Origin: Aulosira sp. ZfuVER01
GTDB taxonomy: Bacteria; Cyanobacteriota; Cyanobacteriia; Cyanobacteriales; Nostocaceae
Length of the DNA: 64,000 nt
Reading direction: 5' to 3'
NCBI GenBank assembly: GCA_034530615.2
Contig: JAVRCV020000032.1
Location: forward strand, 64,001-128,000
The position numbers and the translations under genes are program-made. Under the pieces are notes generated by a model. It had not been told where the DNA came from. It did not search any database and saw only the letters and a list, made by a program, of their open reading frames with translations. This document shows, one piece after another, positions 1 through 8,721 of the stretch (the stretch's first letter is position 1; each line of letters starts with the position of its first letter).

Positions 1-672
1 ACGTTGGAAATTGTACTCAGCCAGCACCTTATCGATTTCGCCTACTTCATCTTGTCTGATAGTAAAAAGAGCATGGTGAAGATTAGCAAAGATTTCTGGT
101 GCGATAGTATCCTGAGTAATAAGCGGATGTTTAGGGCGACAGATGCCGACAAAGTGTTCTGAAAATAATGGCATCTGCATTGTTTGTCTGGGTGGGTTTT
201 GGAAAACACCCAAAGCTAAATCTATCTCTCGTTGTTCTAAGAGTTCTCCCACATCGTCTTTGGCAAAACCAATCAATCGAAAATTAATGTTTGGTGCAAT
301 TCGGTGACAAACTTCCAGAAGCTTAGGCATTACAACAAAGCTAGCGTAATCTGAAGTGCCAATTGTAAAAGTAGTTTTAGAAGTTGTTGAGTCAAATGTT
401 TGACTCACTTCCAATGTCTGCCGAATTTGTTGTAGGGCAGCTTTTATACCTGGAGCAATTGCCATAGCTTTGGCTGTGGGCTGCATTTCTCTGCCCAGCC
501 GGATAAATAACTCATCTTGGAATAGTGTACGTAATCTTCCCAAAGCCGCACTCATAGCTGGTTGCCCTAAATACAATCGTGTTGCGGCATCTGTGACGCT
601 CCTTTCTTCAAAAAGCGCTTCAAAGGCGACAAGAAGATTTAGATCAATAGCAGATAAATCTATTAATCCCAT
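1..672 (-). CDS. LysR-family transcriptional regulator (3' end runs off the window)
   Basis: Hand translation of the minus strand from the ATG at 672: MGLIDLSAIDLNLLVAFEALFEERSVTDAATRLYLGQPAMSAALGRLR..DELFIR, a classic LysR HTH. Divergent from the SDR operon. Not in the ORF track because no stop lies inside the window. Confidence 0.93.
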   Translation of the reverse strand, partial: MGLIDLSAIDLNLLVAFEALFEERSVTDAATRLYLGQPAMSAALGRLRTLFQDELFIRLGREMQPTAKAMAIAPGIKAALQQIRQTLEVSQTFDSTTSKTTFTIGTSDYASFVVMPKLLEVCHRIAPNINFRLIGFAKDDVGELLEQREIDLALGVFQNPPRQTMQMPLFSEHFVGICRPKHPLITQDTIAPEIFANLHHALFTIRQDEVGEIDKVLAEYNFQR

Positions 673-757
673 TGATTAAATGTATTATTCCAATCAATTT
701 GATTAATTTACTACATCTCAGTAAAGTGAAACTAAAAGTTGTTGAAAATTTATCAAA

Positions 758-1504
758 ATGACAACCCTAAGAAAGATTGCTGTAGTTACAGGTAGCAATC
801 GCGGGCTAGGATATGCAATATCGCGTAAATTATCTCAAATTGGCATTCATGTTGTTCTAACAAGCCGGAATGAAACAAATGGTCTTGCTGTCAAGCAGCA
901 ACTATCTAGTGAAGGGCTTGATGTGAACTATCACATACTAGATGTCACTAGTGATACGAGTGTGGCACAGTTTACTCAATGGCTTCAGGAAATCTACGGT
1001 AGGATAGATATTTTAGTGAACAATGCCGGCATTAATCCCACAATCAAGCCGGAAGAATCTAGTTTATTAACTGTTCAACTAGAAACGCTGCGCTCTACAT
1101 TTGACACTAATGTCATAGCGCTCCTGAGAGTTTCTCAAGCATTAATTCCGTTGATGAAGATTCACAATTATGGGCGCATTGTTAATGTTTCAACCGAAAT
1201 GGCATCTCTGGGTACAATTCCTAGTGACTTCTACCCTTTAGCGCCTTCCTATCGACTGTCTAAATTAGGGGTGAACGGGCTAACTGTCCTGCTAGCTAAG
1301 GAACTGCTTGGTGCTAATATTCTCGTTAATGCCTATTCTCCAGGTTGGATGAAAACCGATATGGGAGGTGAGAATGCGCCGTTTACCGCAGAAGAAGGAG
1401 CAAAAACTGCTGTCTATTTAGCAACGCTTCCAGATGGGGGAGCGCAAGGACAATTTTTTGCAGAGATACGGAAGTTTGGCGGGCCGATTCAATTACATTG
1501 GTAG
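758..1504 (+). CDS. Short-chain dehydrogenase/reductase (carbonyl reductase-like)
   Basis: TGSNRGLG Rossmann motif, NNAG, YRLSK catalytic YxxxK, PGWMKTDMGG. Confidence 0.93.
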   Translation: MTTLRKIAVVTGSNRGLGYAISRKLSQIGIHVVLTSRNETNGLAVKQQLSSEGLDVNYHILDVTSDTSVAQFTQWLQEIYGRIDILVNNAGINPTIKPEESSLLTVQLETLRSTFDTNVIALLRVSQALIPLMKIHNYGRIVNVSTEMASLGTIPSDFYPLAPSYRLSKLGVNGLTVLLAKELLGANILVNAYSPGWMKTDMGGENAPFTAEEGAKTAVYLATLPDGGAQGQFFAEIRKFGGPIQLHW

Positions 1505-1510
1505 GTTTTT

Positions 1511-2425
1511 ATGGGAAATTCAGCAATGTTACCTCCGATTTACGCGGATACGCCGATAGAATTGGCTCCTGCCAAAATTATTACCTCGTTTCCAGTCAAT
1601 ACTTTCTTAGAAAATTTGGCGATCGCTCCAGATGGCACAATATTTGTGACTAATCATGAGGTGGGCGAGATTGTACGCATTACTCCAGATGGCAATCAGC
1701 AGATTTATGCCAGTGTTGAAGGTAAAGTCAGCGGTTTGGCTTTCACTAGTAATGGCGATTTAGTGGCAACTGGATGGAATGCTGATTCTATACCAGTAGT
1801 CTCATTAATTACCGCAGATGGCACAGTAGAAACGTTGCTAAAACTGCCAGATGCAACATTTCTCAATGGGATTACGCCACTTTCTCACACTCAGTATTTA
1901 GCCGCAGATTCTTACCGAGGTGTAATTTGGTTAATTGATATTGCCCAACGCCATAGCTCAATTTGGCTAGAACATTCTTTACTGGCTCGTAGCAATCCAG
2001 AAAACGTCATTCCTGCTGCTAATGGTTTGAAGCGTTTTGGTAACTTCCTTTACGTTTCCAACACGGAAAAGATGTTGCTGTTACGGATTCCTCTTAGCCT
2101 GACAAATGAACCCAGTGAGCCAGAAATCTTTTTGGAGCTAACCAATATTGATGACTTTGCATTTGACGTAGAAGGCAACCTTTACGGAGCAACGCACATT
2201 TATAACAGCGTTGTGAAGATTACACCAGATGGCAAAACAACTATTATTGCTCAAGCCGAACAAGGTGTAATTGGCAGTACAGCAGTTGCTTTTGGTCAAA
2301 CTCAAAGCGAACGCACCGCTATCTATGTTGTGATGAATGGGGGAATGTTTTTACCGCCTCCTACAGGTGTAGTTCCTGCTAACGTTGTGCGAATTGAGGT
2401 CGGAAAAGCTGGGTACGTCTTTTAG
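1511..2425 (+). CDS. SMP-30/gluconolactonase-like beta-propeller protein
   Basis: [20 protein letters not shown] and [12 protein letters not shown] blade motifs. Confidence 0.8.
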   Translation: MGNSAMLPPIYADTPIELAPAKIITSFPVNTFLENLAIAPDGTIFVTNHEVGEIVRITPDGNQQIYASVEGKVSGLAFTSNGDLVATGWNADSIPVVSLITADGTVETLLKLPDATFLNGITPLSHTQYLAADSYRGVIWLIDIAQRHSSIWLEHSLLARSNPENVIPAANGLKRFGNFLYVSNTEKMLLLRIPLSLTNEPSEPEIFLELTNIDDFAFDVEGNLYGATHIYNSVVKITPDGKTTIIAQAEQGVIGSTAVAFGQTQSERTAIYVVMNGGMFLPPPTGVVPANVVRIEVGKAGYVF

Positions 2426-2447
2426 TAGCTTGATGGTGAAATAACCG

Positions 2448-3002
2448 ATGGAAATGGAACAAGAAGATCAAATTGTCACCGTGGTCATTTCACAAATTGT
2501 CAAACCAGGATGCGAAATTGCTTATGAGGCGTGGTTAAAAGAAATTACCAGTGTTTCTAGAACATATCTTGGTCATTTAGGGACAAATGTGATTCGACCA
2601 CAACCAGGTGTGCAACTAGAATATGTAATTATTTTTCGGTTTGACAGCTATGAAAATTTAAAGGCGTGGATGACATCACGCGATCGCGAATATTGGCTCG
2701 CTCAAGGTCAACATTTGGTTCAATCTGACCCTCATGTTCAACAAATTAGTGGATTAGAAGCTTGGTTTTCTCATCCTGGTAAACCATTAAAGACTCCACC
2801 ACGTTATAAAACAGCATTACTAACTTGGGCAGTTGTATATGTCTTAATTAACTTGTTAAATCGGCTTCTAGTACCCCTGCTTGGCAATTTACCTCCTTTA
2901 ATTACTTCATTGATCGTTTCCGTTATTATGGTTGTACTGTTGACCTATGTTGTCATGCCAAAGGTGACTCGTCTGTTTAGCCCTTGGCTATATGGGAAAT
3001 GA
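2448..3002 (+). CDS. Antibiotic-biosynthesis-monooxygenase (ABM)-like domain with C-terminal membrane segments
   Basis: VKPGCEIAYEAW..FRFDSYENLKAWMTS N-domain, then GLEAWF, PPRYK and two hydrophobic helices. Confidence 0.8.
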   Translation: MEMEQEDQIVTVVISQIVKPGCEIAYEAWLKEITSVSRTYLGHLGTNVIRPQPGVQLEYVIIFRFDSYENLKAWMTSRDREYWLAQGQHLVQSDPHVQQISGLEAWFSHPGKPLKTPPRYKTALLTWAVVYVLINLLNRLLVPLLGNLPPLITSLIVSVIMVVLLTYVVMPKVTRLFSPWLYGK

Positions 3003-3039
3003 TGGTAAGTTGCAAAAGTTAAATCAGTTGAAACTAAAC

Positions 3040-3163
3040 TAGTGGACTGACACGGCTAATTTAGTGTATTAGCGAAGAGAAAATAAACCGCCCATGTACG
3101 CCGATAAACACCGATGAAATGGATTTTTGTTATTGCACTATATTGATCTGTGTCAGTCCACTA
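3040..3163. mobile_element. MITE-like element with terminal inverted repeats
   Basis: TAGTGGACTGACAC (3040-3053) and GTGTCAGTCCACTA (3150-3163) form a perfect 14-bp IR that extends imperfectly inward. TA at both ends; no convincing internal gene. Confidence 0.7.
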
Positions 3164-3186
3164 CAATCCTAATTGCAGTGAGGAAT

Positions 3187-4788
3187 TTATTTTTCAGGTG
3201 TCAAATCTACACTGTAAAGAGTTTCCCCTTTCAAGTTAAGCAATGCCACTGTCATCACATTTGTATAACTATTGATTTTGACTGTACCAAAGAATTGCAA
3301 ACCTTCACTTGGGGGTCGATTTGCTTTTGTACCTGCGGGAATACTCACAAATTTCACTTGCGGCCCAAAAGTATTTTCCAATTGGTTCGGCCCGAATGTG
3401 CCTGAATTCAGAGGCCCGGCGACAAATTCCCAAAAGGGCTTGAAGTCAGTACACTGTGCTTTAGCCGGATCGTAATAGTGGGCTGCGGCATAATGCACAT
3501 CAGCAGTTAACCAAACTACATTTTTGATATAGTTGCGTTTAATAAAACGTAGTAAGCCAGCGAGTTCGAGTTCCCTACCTAAAGCTGGGCCATCTCCATT
3601 CGCCCAAGCTTCAAAGTTGGTACTACCATCTCGAATTATCAATCCTAAAGGCATATCACTAGCAATTACTTTCCAGGTAGCTTTTGATTTGAGCAATTGC
3701 TGTTTCAACCAGCGTATTTGTTTGCTACCTAAAAATTCTGTGTCTTGACTTTTTACTGTTTGGCGATTTTCAGTGTTCGGCCCGCGGTAGCTACGCTCAT
3801 CAAGCATAAAAATTTCTAGTAATGGCCCGTAGCTAAAAGAGCGATAAATTTTCGCTTTGTCGGTTTTATCATCTTTATACCGAATGGGCATATATTCTAA
3901 AAATGCTTGCCTTGCTCTTTGGGCTAGCAAAGAAACATCTTTAACTGTATAGCGATCGTCGTTTGAAATAATCTGCCCAGGATACCAATTATTCCTCACT
4001 TCATGATCGTCCCACTGCGCAATTATAGGAACTTCAGCATTAAAGCGCCTGATATTTTCATCAAGTAAATTGTATATATAGTTACCTCTAAATTCTCTAA
4101 GAGTTTCTGCAACTTTTAATTTTTCTGGAGTGGTAATGTTTTTCCAGATAGTGCCGTCGTCCAGCGTTACTTGTGATTGAATAGGCCCATCAGCGTAAAC
4201 ATTGTCGCCGGAATGGATGAAAAAGTCAGGATTAAGTTTGCGGATGGTTTCGTAAATTTTCATCCCACCAAAATCAGGATTAATACCCCAGCCTTGTCCG
4301 GCGGTATCTCCTCCCCAAGCAAAGAAGATATCTCGCCGCTGTTTGGCGGGAGTTCGGAAAGTACCTGTAACAGGAGCGCTGTATATGTTTGGATCGGATA
4401 AATTTTGAAAGATTACCCGATAAAATATTTGCTGACCTGGGGGTAAATTTTCAAGATTCAACCGGGCTGTAAAGTCGCTATCTTCCAAAGCATTTGGCCC
4501 AAAAACACGTTGCACACGCCGGAAAGATTCGTTGGTAGAGTATTCTACAATCATCCGAGCCGGGCGATCGCTCCGACTCCAAATCAGAGCGCTATCATTG
4601 CTGATATCTCCGCAGGCTATGCCATAGGGTATGCTAGGACGCATCTTTTCAGATGTAATGATGGCAGGTGCTTGAGCAAAAACCCTTGATTTTGATAACA
4701 GATTGCTAGCTATGATGCTGCTACTTGTGAGGGCGGAACTTAGCAAAAACTGGCGACGGTTGAATTTAACTGGCGGTTGGGATTGCAT
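3187..4788 (-). CDS. phoD: Alkaline phosphatase D family, Tat-exported
   Basis: NRRQFLL twin-arginine signal; FIHSGDNVYADG, WDDHEV, LDERSYR and TADVHY PhoD motifs. Confidence 0.93.
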   Translation of the reverse strand: MQSQPPVKFNRRQFLLSSALTSSSIIASNLLSKSRVFAQAPAIITSEKMRPSIPYGIACGDISNDSALIWSRSDRPARMIVEYSTNESFRRVQRVFGPNALEDSDFTARLNLENLPPGQQIFYRVIFQNLSDPNIYSAPVTGTFRTPAKQRRDIFFAWGGDTAGQGWGINPDFGGMKIYETIRKLNPDFFIHSGDNVYADGPIQSQVTLDDGTIWKNITTPEKLKVAETLREFRGNYIYNLLDENIRRFNAEVPIIAQWDDHEVRNNWYPGQIISNDDRYTVKDVSLLAQRARQAFLEYMPIRYKDDKTDKAKIYRSFSYGPLLEIFMLDERSYRGPNTENRQTVKSQDTEFLGSKQIRWLKQQLLKSKATWKVIASDMPLGLIIRDGSTNFEAWANGDGPALGRELELAGLLRFIKRNYIKNVVWLTADVHYAAAHYYDPAKAQCTDFKPFWEFVAGPLNSGTFGPNQLENTFGPQVKFVSIPAGTKANRPPSEGLQFFGTVKINSYTNVMTVALLNLKGETLYSVDLTPEK

Positions 4789-5012
4789 AAAGTTGATGAG
4801 TTGGATTGAAGCTACAAAGAATACAAAGAAATTTGCAACTCATGTCTCACAAAAAAAGTTACAAATCTACAAAGCTTTTGTAGAGCAAAGTTAAAACACT
4901 CGCTAGGGTGAAAGTAATAAAAAAACGTAGCAATTACAAAGCAGGAATTTATCATATTCTGGTGAGATTAGTAGTAAATACCCAGTTATCAAAAAGTTAA
5001 GAAATCTTAGGT

Positions 5013-5205
5013 AGTTGGACAAAAATATTTACAGTCATTGCGAGCGAAGCGTTCGCTGAAAGCGTTCTCGTTCGACGAAGTCGTTCCCCAAGGGTAGAGT
5101 AGCAATCCCAATCCTTGCGATTGCTACCCTTCGGGAAGCCGCTTCGCGTCTACATTTCGCTTCGCTTCATTCGCAATGACGTTGTGTAATTAATTCTGTC
5201 AGACT
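5013..5205. repeat. Nested palindromic dispersed-repeat composite
   Basis: Outer imperfect IR 5013-5033/5185-5205 (16/21). Inner perfect IR GTCATTGCGA 5034-5043 / TCGCAATGAC 5171-5180. Central IR GTAGCAATC 5099-5107 / GATTGCTAC 5119-5127. GC-rich inserts lie between these. Confidence 0.75.
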
Positions 5206-5396
5206 GAATGCAAGATGTGAAATTACAGTAGAAAAAATTAGGGGATTCCCCTAGCTTCACTATCCTCCCCTAGCTGCCTAAGCCAGATTTTACAAGCTTT
5301 TCCACTTTTTGACACTGTGTTGGCTTAGGGGAAATTCCCTGGAATATTCTCAAGATATAGATGAAGTAACTAAAAATTAATTATCACTCAGCCAAT

Positions 5397-5765
5397 ATGT
5401 TAAAACTTACCTACACCGAAAACAGCTTTAACTTAGAATATCTCGAAGAATCTTTAGAAGATTGGGTAAATCAAAGAGTCATTCTCACTTTGCATTCTGG
5501 GACTAATATCTACATCGAATCGAGTCAGGCTGCATTTCTTGTGTCGGCTGAATCGTCCCATCTGGCAGATCTAAAGAAACTCAATCAAGCAAATATTTTA
5601 GAAATTTGTCCTTGCGATGCCTCTGCTGTGGAAGTTATTCTTAAAGGTACTTGGATAACATCCAATTCAGAAAGCGCAACAGGTATCTTTGTCACTGTAC
5701 TAAGTAAATCTGCGGAGTTATTACTGGAAACACTCTCGCAAACCGAACAATTTTGTTACGCTTGA
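5397..5765 (+). CDS. Conserved cyanobacterial hypothetical protein (alr0857-like family)
   Basis: MLKLTYTENSFNLEYL..LEDWVNQRVIL N-terminus and VEVILKGTW..GIFV C-terminus, recognised from memory of this family. Confidence 0.7.
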   Translation: MLKLTYTENSFNLEYLEESLEDWVNQRVILTLHSGTNIYIESSQAAFLVSAESSHLADLKKLNQANILEICPCDASAVEVILKGTWITSNSESATGIFVTVLSKSAELLLETLSQTEQFCYA

Positions 5766-5790
5766 GTTACATCTTAAAGTTATTCAGTCT

Positions 5791-5875
5791 TGCTGTTCGC
5801 GGGACTCTGGTGCGACTTCCGAACCCGATCTGTGAAATCGTCCTAGCCAGTCGTGCCGCCTTTCCCCGAACAGCA
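5791..5875 (+). ncRNA. Candidate structured RNA (long GC-rich three-segment hairpin), function unknown
   Basis: Stem TGCTGTTCG(C)GGGA/TCCCCGAACAGCA; second stem TGGTGCGACT/AGTCGTGCCG with three G-U pairs that work only on the + strand; apical CGAT-CTGTGAA-ATCG. No U-tract after it. Confidence 0.5.
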
Positions 5876-6150
5876 TCCCCATAAATCTAGAGACTTAATA
5901 CTAATTGATGAAGTGAAAATTATAAATCATTCTTAGGGTGAATTAACTTTTTAGCTTGAATTAGCCAATTATTGAAGAGTTGGTTTTTCTAAAAGCATGA
6001 TGTGTGTATGAGAGTTTAAAATCAGGGCTAATCGATGGCCATAAGATGCAATCTACAAGTAGCTAAAGATAAAGCAGCAAAATTTTACTCTCAGACTTTA
6101 GGTTCAATCCCGCTAGATTGAATAAAACTTCTTATTGGAGCAAATTAATC

Positions 6151-8574
6151 ATGGATAGATTAAAGCAAATCCAATTAAAATTAAAGTTTTTTTTTGGTTC
6201 ACTTTTCTATGCGAGTTATGCTCCAAAAGCATTCTTATACACTCGTCAGCGAGATAAAATAGAACGCCAGTTTCTGATAACACCAACAGAGGAAGGTTTT
6301 GGCAAACCAGGAAAGTTACTGCGTGCTGAACAAACAGCAAGAGGTGCTAATTTCTATTTCGAGCTTGCAGAATTGGAAGTTTGTTTTCTGGCTGAAGATT
6401 TAGTCCGAATTGACTGGAAACCAGGTATACCGCCTATCCCTTACGCAATTGCTCAAAATGAATGGCAAGATGTAGAAACTAAGTTGGCACAGACAGATAA
6501 TAACTGCTTTGTGTCCAGTAATAGTCTCAAAGTAATTGTTGAAGTGGATGGTAGTTTAAAATTTTGCGATCGCTCTGGTCAAGTCATCCGCGAAGAACTA
6601 CCGCCCCAGAGCAAAAACCAAGGATGGATTCATCAAGCACAACTGCGCCCAGAAGAACGCATTTATGGATTAGGAGAACGGGCTTCTTCACTCAATCTCC
6701 GAGCCGCTAAAGATGAACAGCAACAAAGTAAAACCTATCGGATGTGGAACTATGATGCTGCTGGGATGTATCCTCCAGGTTCAGACCCGATGTATCTCTG
6801 CATTCCTCTCTATTTAGGTTTGCACTCACTTGGCAGTTATTTAATTTTTTATGAAAATTCTTTTGATGCTAATTTTACATTTGCGGAAACTGCCAAAGCT
6901 GACTTTACTGGGGGATCGCTGCGTTATTATTTTACCTCTGGTTCGCCGAGACAATTACTAGAGCGCTACACCGAATTAACTGGACGTGCGCCTCTACCTC
7001 CGCGATGGGCGTTAGGCTATCACCAATCTAAATGGGGGTATCGTACAGAAGATGCGGTGAGGGAGGAAGCGAGAGCTTTTCAATATCACAAGCTACCTTT
7101 AAGCGCTATACATCTAGATATTGACTGTCAAGTTGGATACCGAGCCTTCACTATCGACCCAGAACGCTTTCCGAAATTGGCGAGTTTTACACAAGAACTG
7201 GGCGAACTGGGAGTGCAATTTATTGCCATTCTCAACCCAGGAATTAAATACAGTCGCCACAGTAACTTATTTTTAGAAGGTCAAATATTAGATGGATTTT
7301 GCAAACTCCCCAATGGCAAACTTGTAGTTGCGCCTGTGTGGCCTGGTTGGTGCGTATTTCCAGATTTTACCAATCCTAAGGTTCGCAGTTGGTGGAGTCG
7401 GCAGTATGCATATTTGCTGGATGTGGGTGTGGCAGGTTTTTGGCATGATATGAATGAACCTGCTGCTTTTATTACTTCTGGCGATCGCTCTTTACCAAAA
7501 GTCACTCAACATTATATGGAAGGTAGAGGTGGCGATCACCGCGAAGCTCATAATATTTACGGATTATTGCAAGCAGAAGCAGGCTATGAAAGTTTGCGTC
7601 AATACCGCCAAGAAAAACGACCTTTCATAGTTTCCCGTGCAGGTTGGGCAGGACTTCAGCGCTATGCTTGGACTTGGACAGGTGATGTTGAATGTACTTG
7701 GAGTGCGTTACGCCAAACAATATCAACAATTGTTGGCTTAGGGCTTTCTGGGATTCCCTACAGCGGCCCGGATATCGGTGGTTTCCAGGGTAATCCAAGT
7801 GCAGAACTATACTTACGTTGGTTCCAAATGGCAACGTTCTTCACGTTTTACCGAACTCACTCGTCTAATAACGTGGAACACCGCACGCCCTGGACTTATG
7901 GCGAACCTTACCTGAGTATCATTCGCTCCTTCTTGCAATTGCGCTATCGCCTACTGCCCTATTTTTATACTTTATCCTGGGAAGCAACACAAAAAGGTTA
8001 TCCCCCCGTGCGTCCGCTGTTTTGGGCTGCTGATGATAACACGACACTTTGGGATGTGGAAGACGCTTTCTTGTTAGGTGATGCTTTACTAGTTTGTCCC
8101 ATTGTCGAAGAGGGAGGGCGAGCGCGACAAGTGATTTTACTGCCAGGACGTTGGTATAGTTTTTGGGATGACACAGTATTTGCGGGTGGACAACAGGTAA
8201 ATCTTTCAGCACCGCTAGAAACTATTCCTGTGTTGGTGAAAGCTGGAAGTATTTTGCCTATGGAAGAAAATAAACAACTGACTCTCCACCTTTACCCACC
8301 TGTAGAAGGTGAAAGTTTTACTCAGCTATACAGCGATGCAGGTGATGGTTATGGAGCATCGAGACTGGATAAATTCCATCTGGTGAGATCGGCAAATGGT
8401 TTAGAACTTACTTGGCAAGAACAAGGAGATTATTCTTTCCCTTACACTAGCGTACAGTTGCATGTGCATGGGATGAAACTTCAACAAGCTTGGGTAGATG
8501 ATGCAGAAGTGAATTTTCAGGGACAACAGTTAAAGTGCGATCGCTTTTTAAAGGTTCGCTTGCAAGCAGAGTAA
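6151..8574 (+). CDS. Glycoside hydrolase family 31 alpha-glucosidase
   Basis: GFWHDMNEPA nucleophile motif, WTGDV, GPDIGGF. ATG at 6151 follows GGAG (the ORF track starts at a TTG at 6118). Confidence 0.93.
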   Translation: MDRLKQIQLKLKFFFGSLFYASYAPKAFLYTRQRDKIERQFLITPTEEGFGKPGKLLRAEQTARGANFYFELAELEVCFLAEDLVRIDWKPGIPPIPYAIAQNEWQDVETKLAQTDNNCFVSSNSLKVIVEVDGSLKFCDRSGQVIREELPPQSKNQGWIHQAQLRPEERIYGLGERASSLNLRAAKDEQQQSKTYRMWNYDAAGMYPPGSDPMYLCIPLYLGLHSLGSYLIFYENSFDANFTFAETAKADFTGGSLRYYFTSGSPRQLLERYTELTGRAPLPPRWALGYHQSKWGYRTEDAVREEARAFQYHKLPLSAIHLDIDCQVGYRAFTIDPERFPKLASFTQELGELGVQFIAILNPGIKYSRHSNLFLEGQILDGFCKLPNGKLVVAPVWPGWCVFPDFTNPKVRSWWSRQYAYLLDVGVAGFWHDMNEPAAFITSGDRSLPKVTQHYMEGRGGDHREAHNIYGLLQAEAGYESLRQYRQEKRPFIVSRAGWAGLQRYAWTWTGDVECTWSALRQTISTIVGLGLSGIPYSGPDIGGFQGNPSAELYLRWFQMATFFTFYRTHSSNNVEHRTPWTYGEPYLSIIRSFLQLRYRLLPYFYTLSWEATQKGYPPVRPLFWAADDNTTLWDVEDAFLLGDALLVCPIVEEGGRARQVILLPGRWYSFWDDTVFAGGQQVNLSAPLETIPVLVKAGSILPMEENKQLTLHLYPPVEGESFTQLYSDAGDGYGASRLDKFHLVRSANGLELTWQEQGDYSFPYTSVQLHVHGMKLQQAWVDDAEVNFQGQQLKCDRFLKVRLQAE

Positions 8575-8721
8575 TACTAATTCCAAGACAATAGCGATCG
8601 CACCTTACCCTACCAGTATCTAAATTACCAAGCACTCGGGTTCTGATGGGAGAAGATAGACTTTTTATAGAAGGATTCTTACAGGTTGTATAAAAAGTTT
8701 AATCCAGGTAGGTATCAGGTC

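Noticed and set aside
470..679. 69-aa plus-strand ORF
   Set aside because: Antisense shadow of the LysR HTH region
4850..4900. Pho (SphR) box upstream of phoD
   Set aside because: TTTAACTT and TGTAACTT half-sites occur on the minus strand but not as a clean 11-bp-period array. The TCTACAAAGCTTTTGTAGA palindrome between them is unassigned.
5791..5875. 5S rRNA or tRNA call for the hairpin (contains ACTCTG, CCGAAC and GTGAAA as in 5S rRNA, and a GUG anticodon-like loop)
   Set aside because: Too short for 5S and its helices cannot be formed; no D/T arms or CCA end for a tRNA; no rRNA operon nearby. Kept only as an unknown structured RNA.
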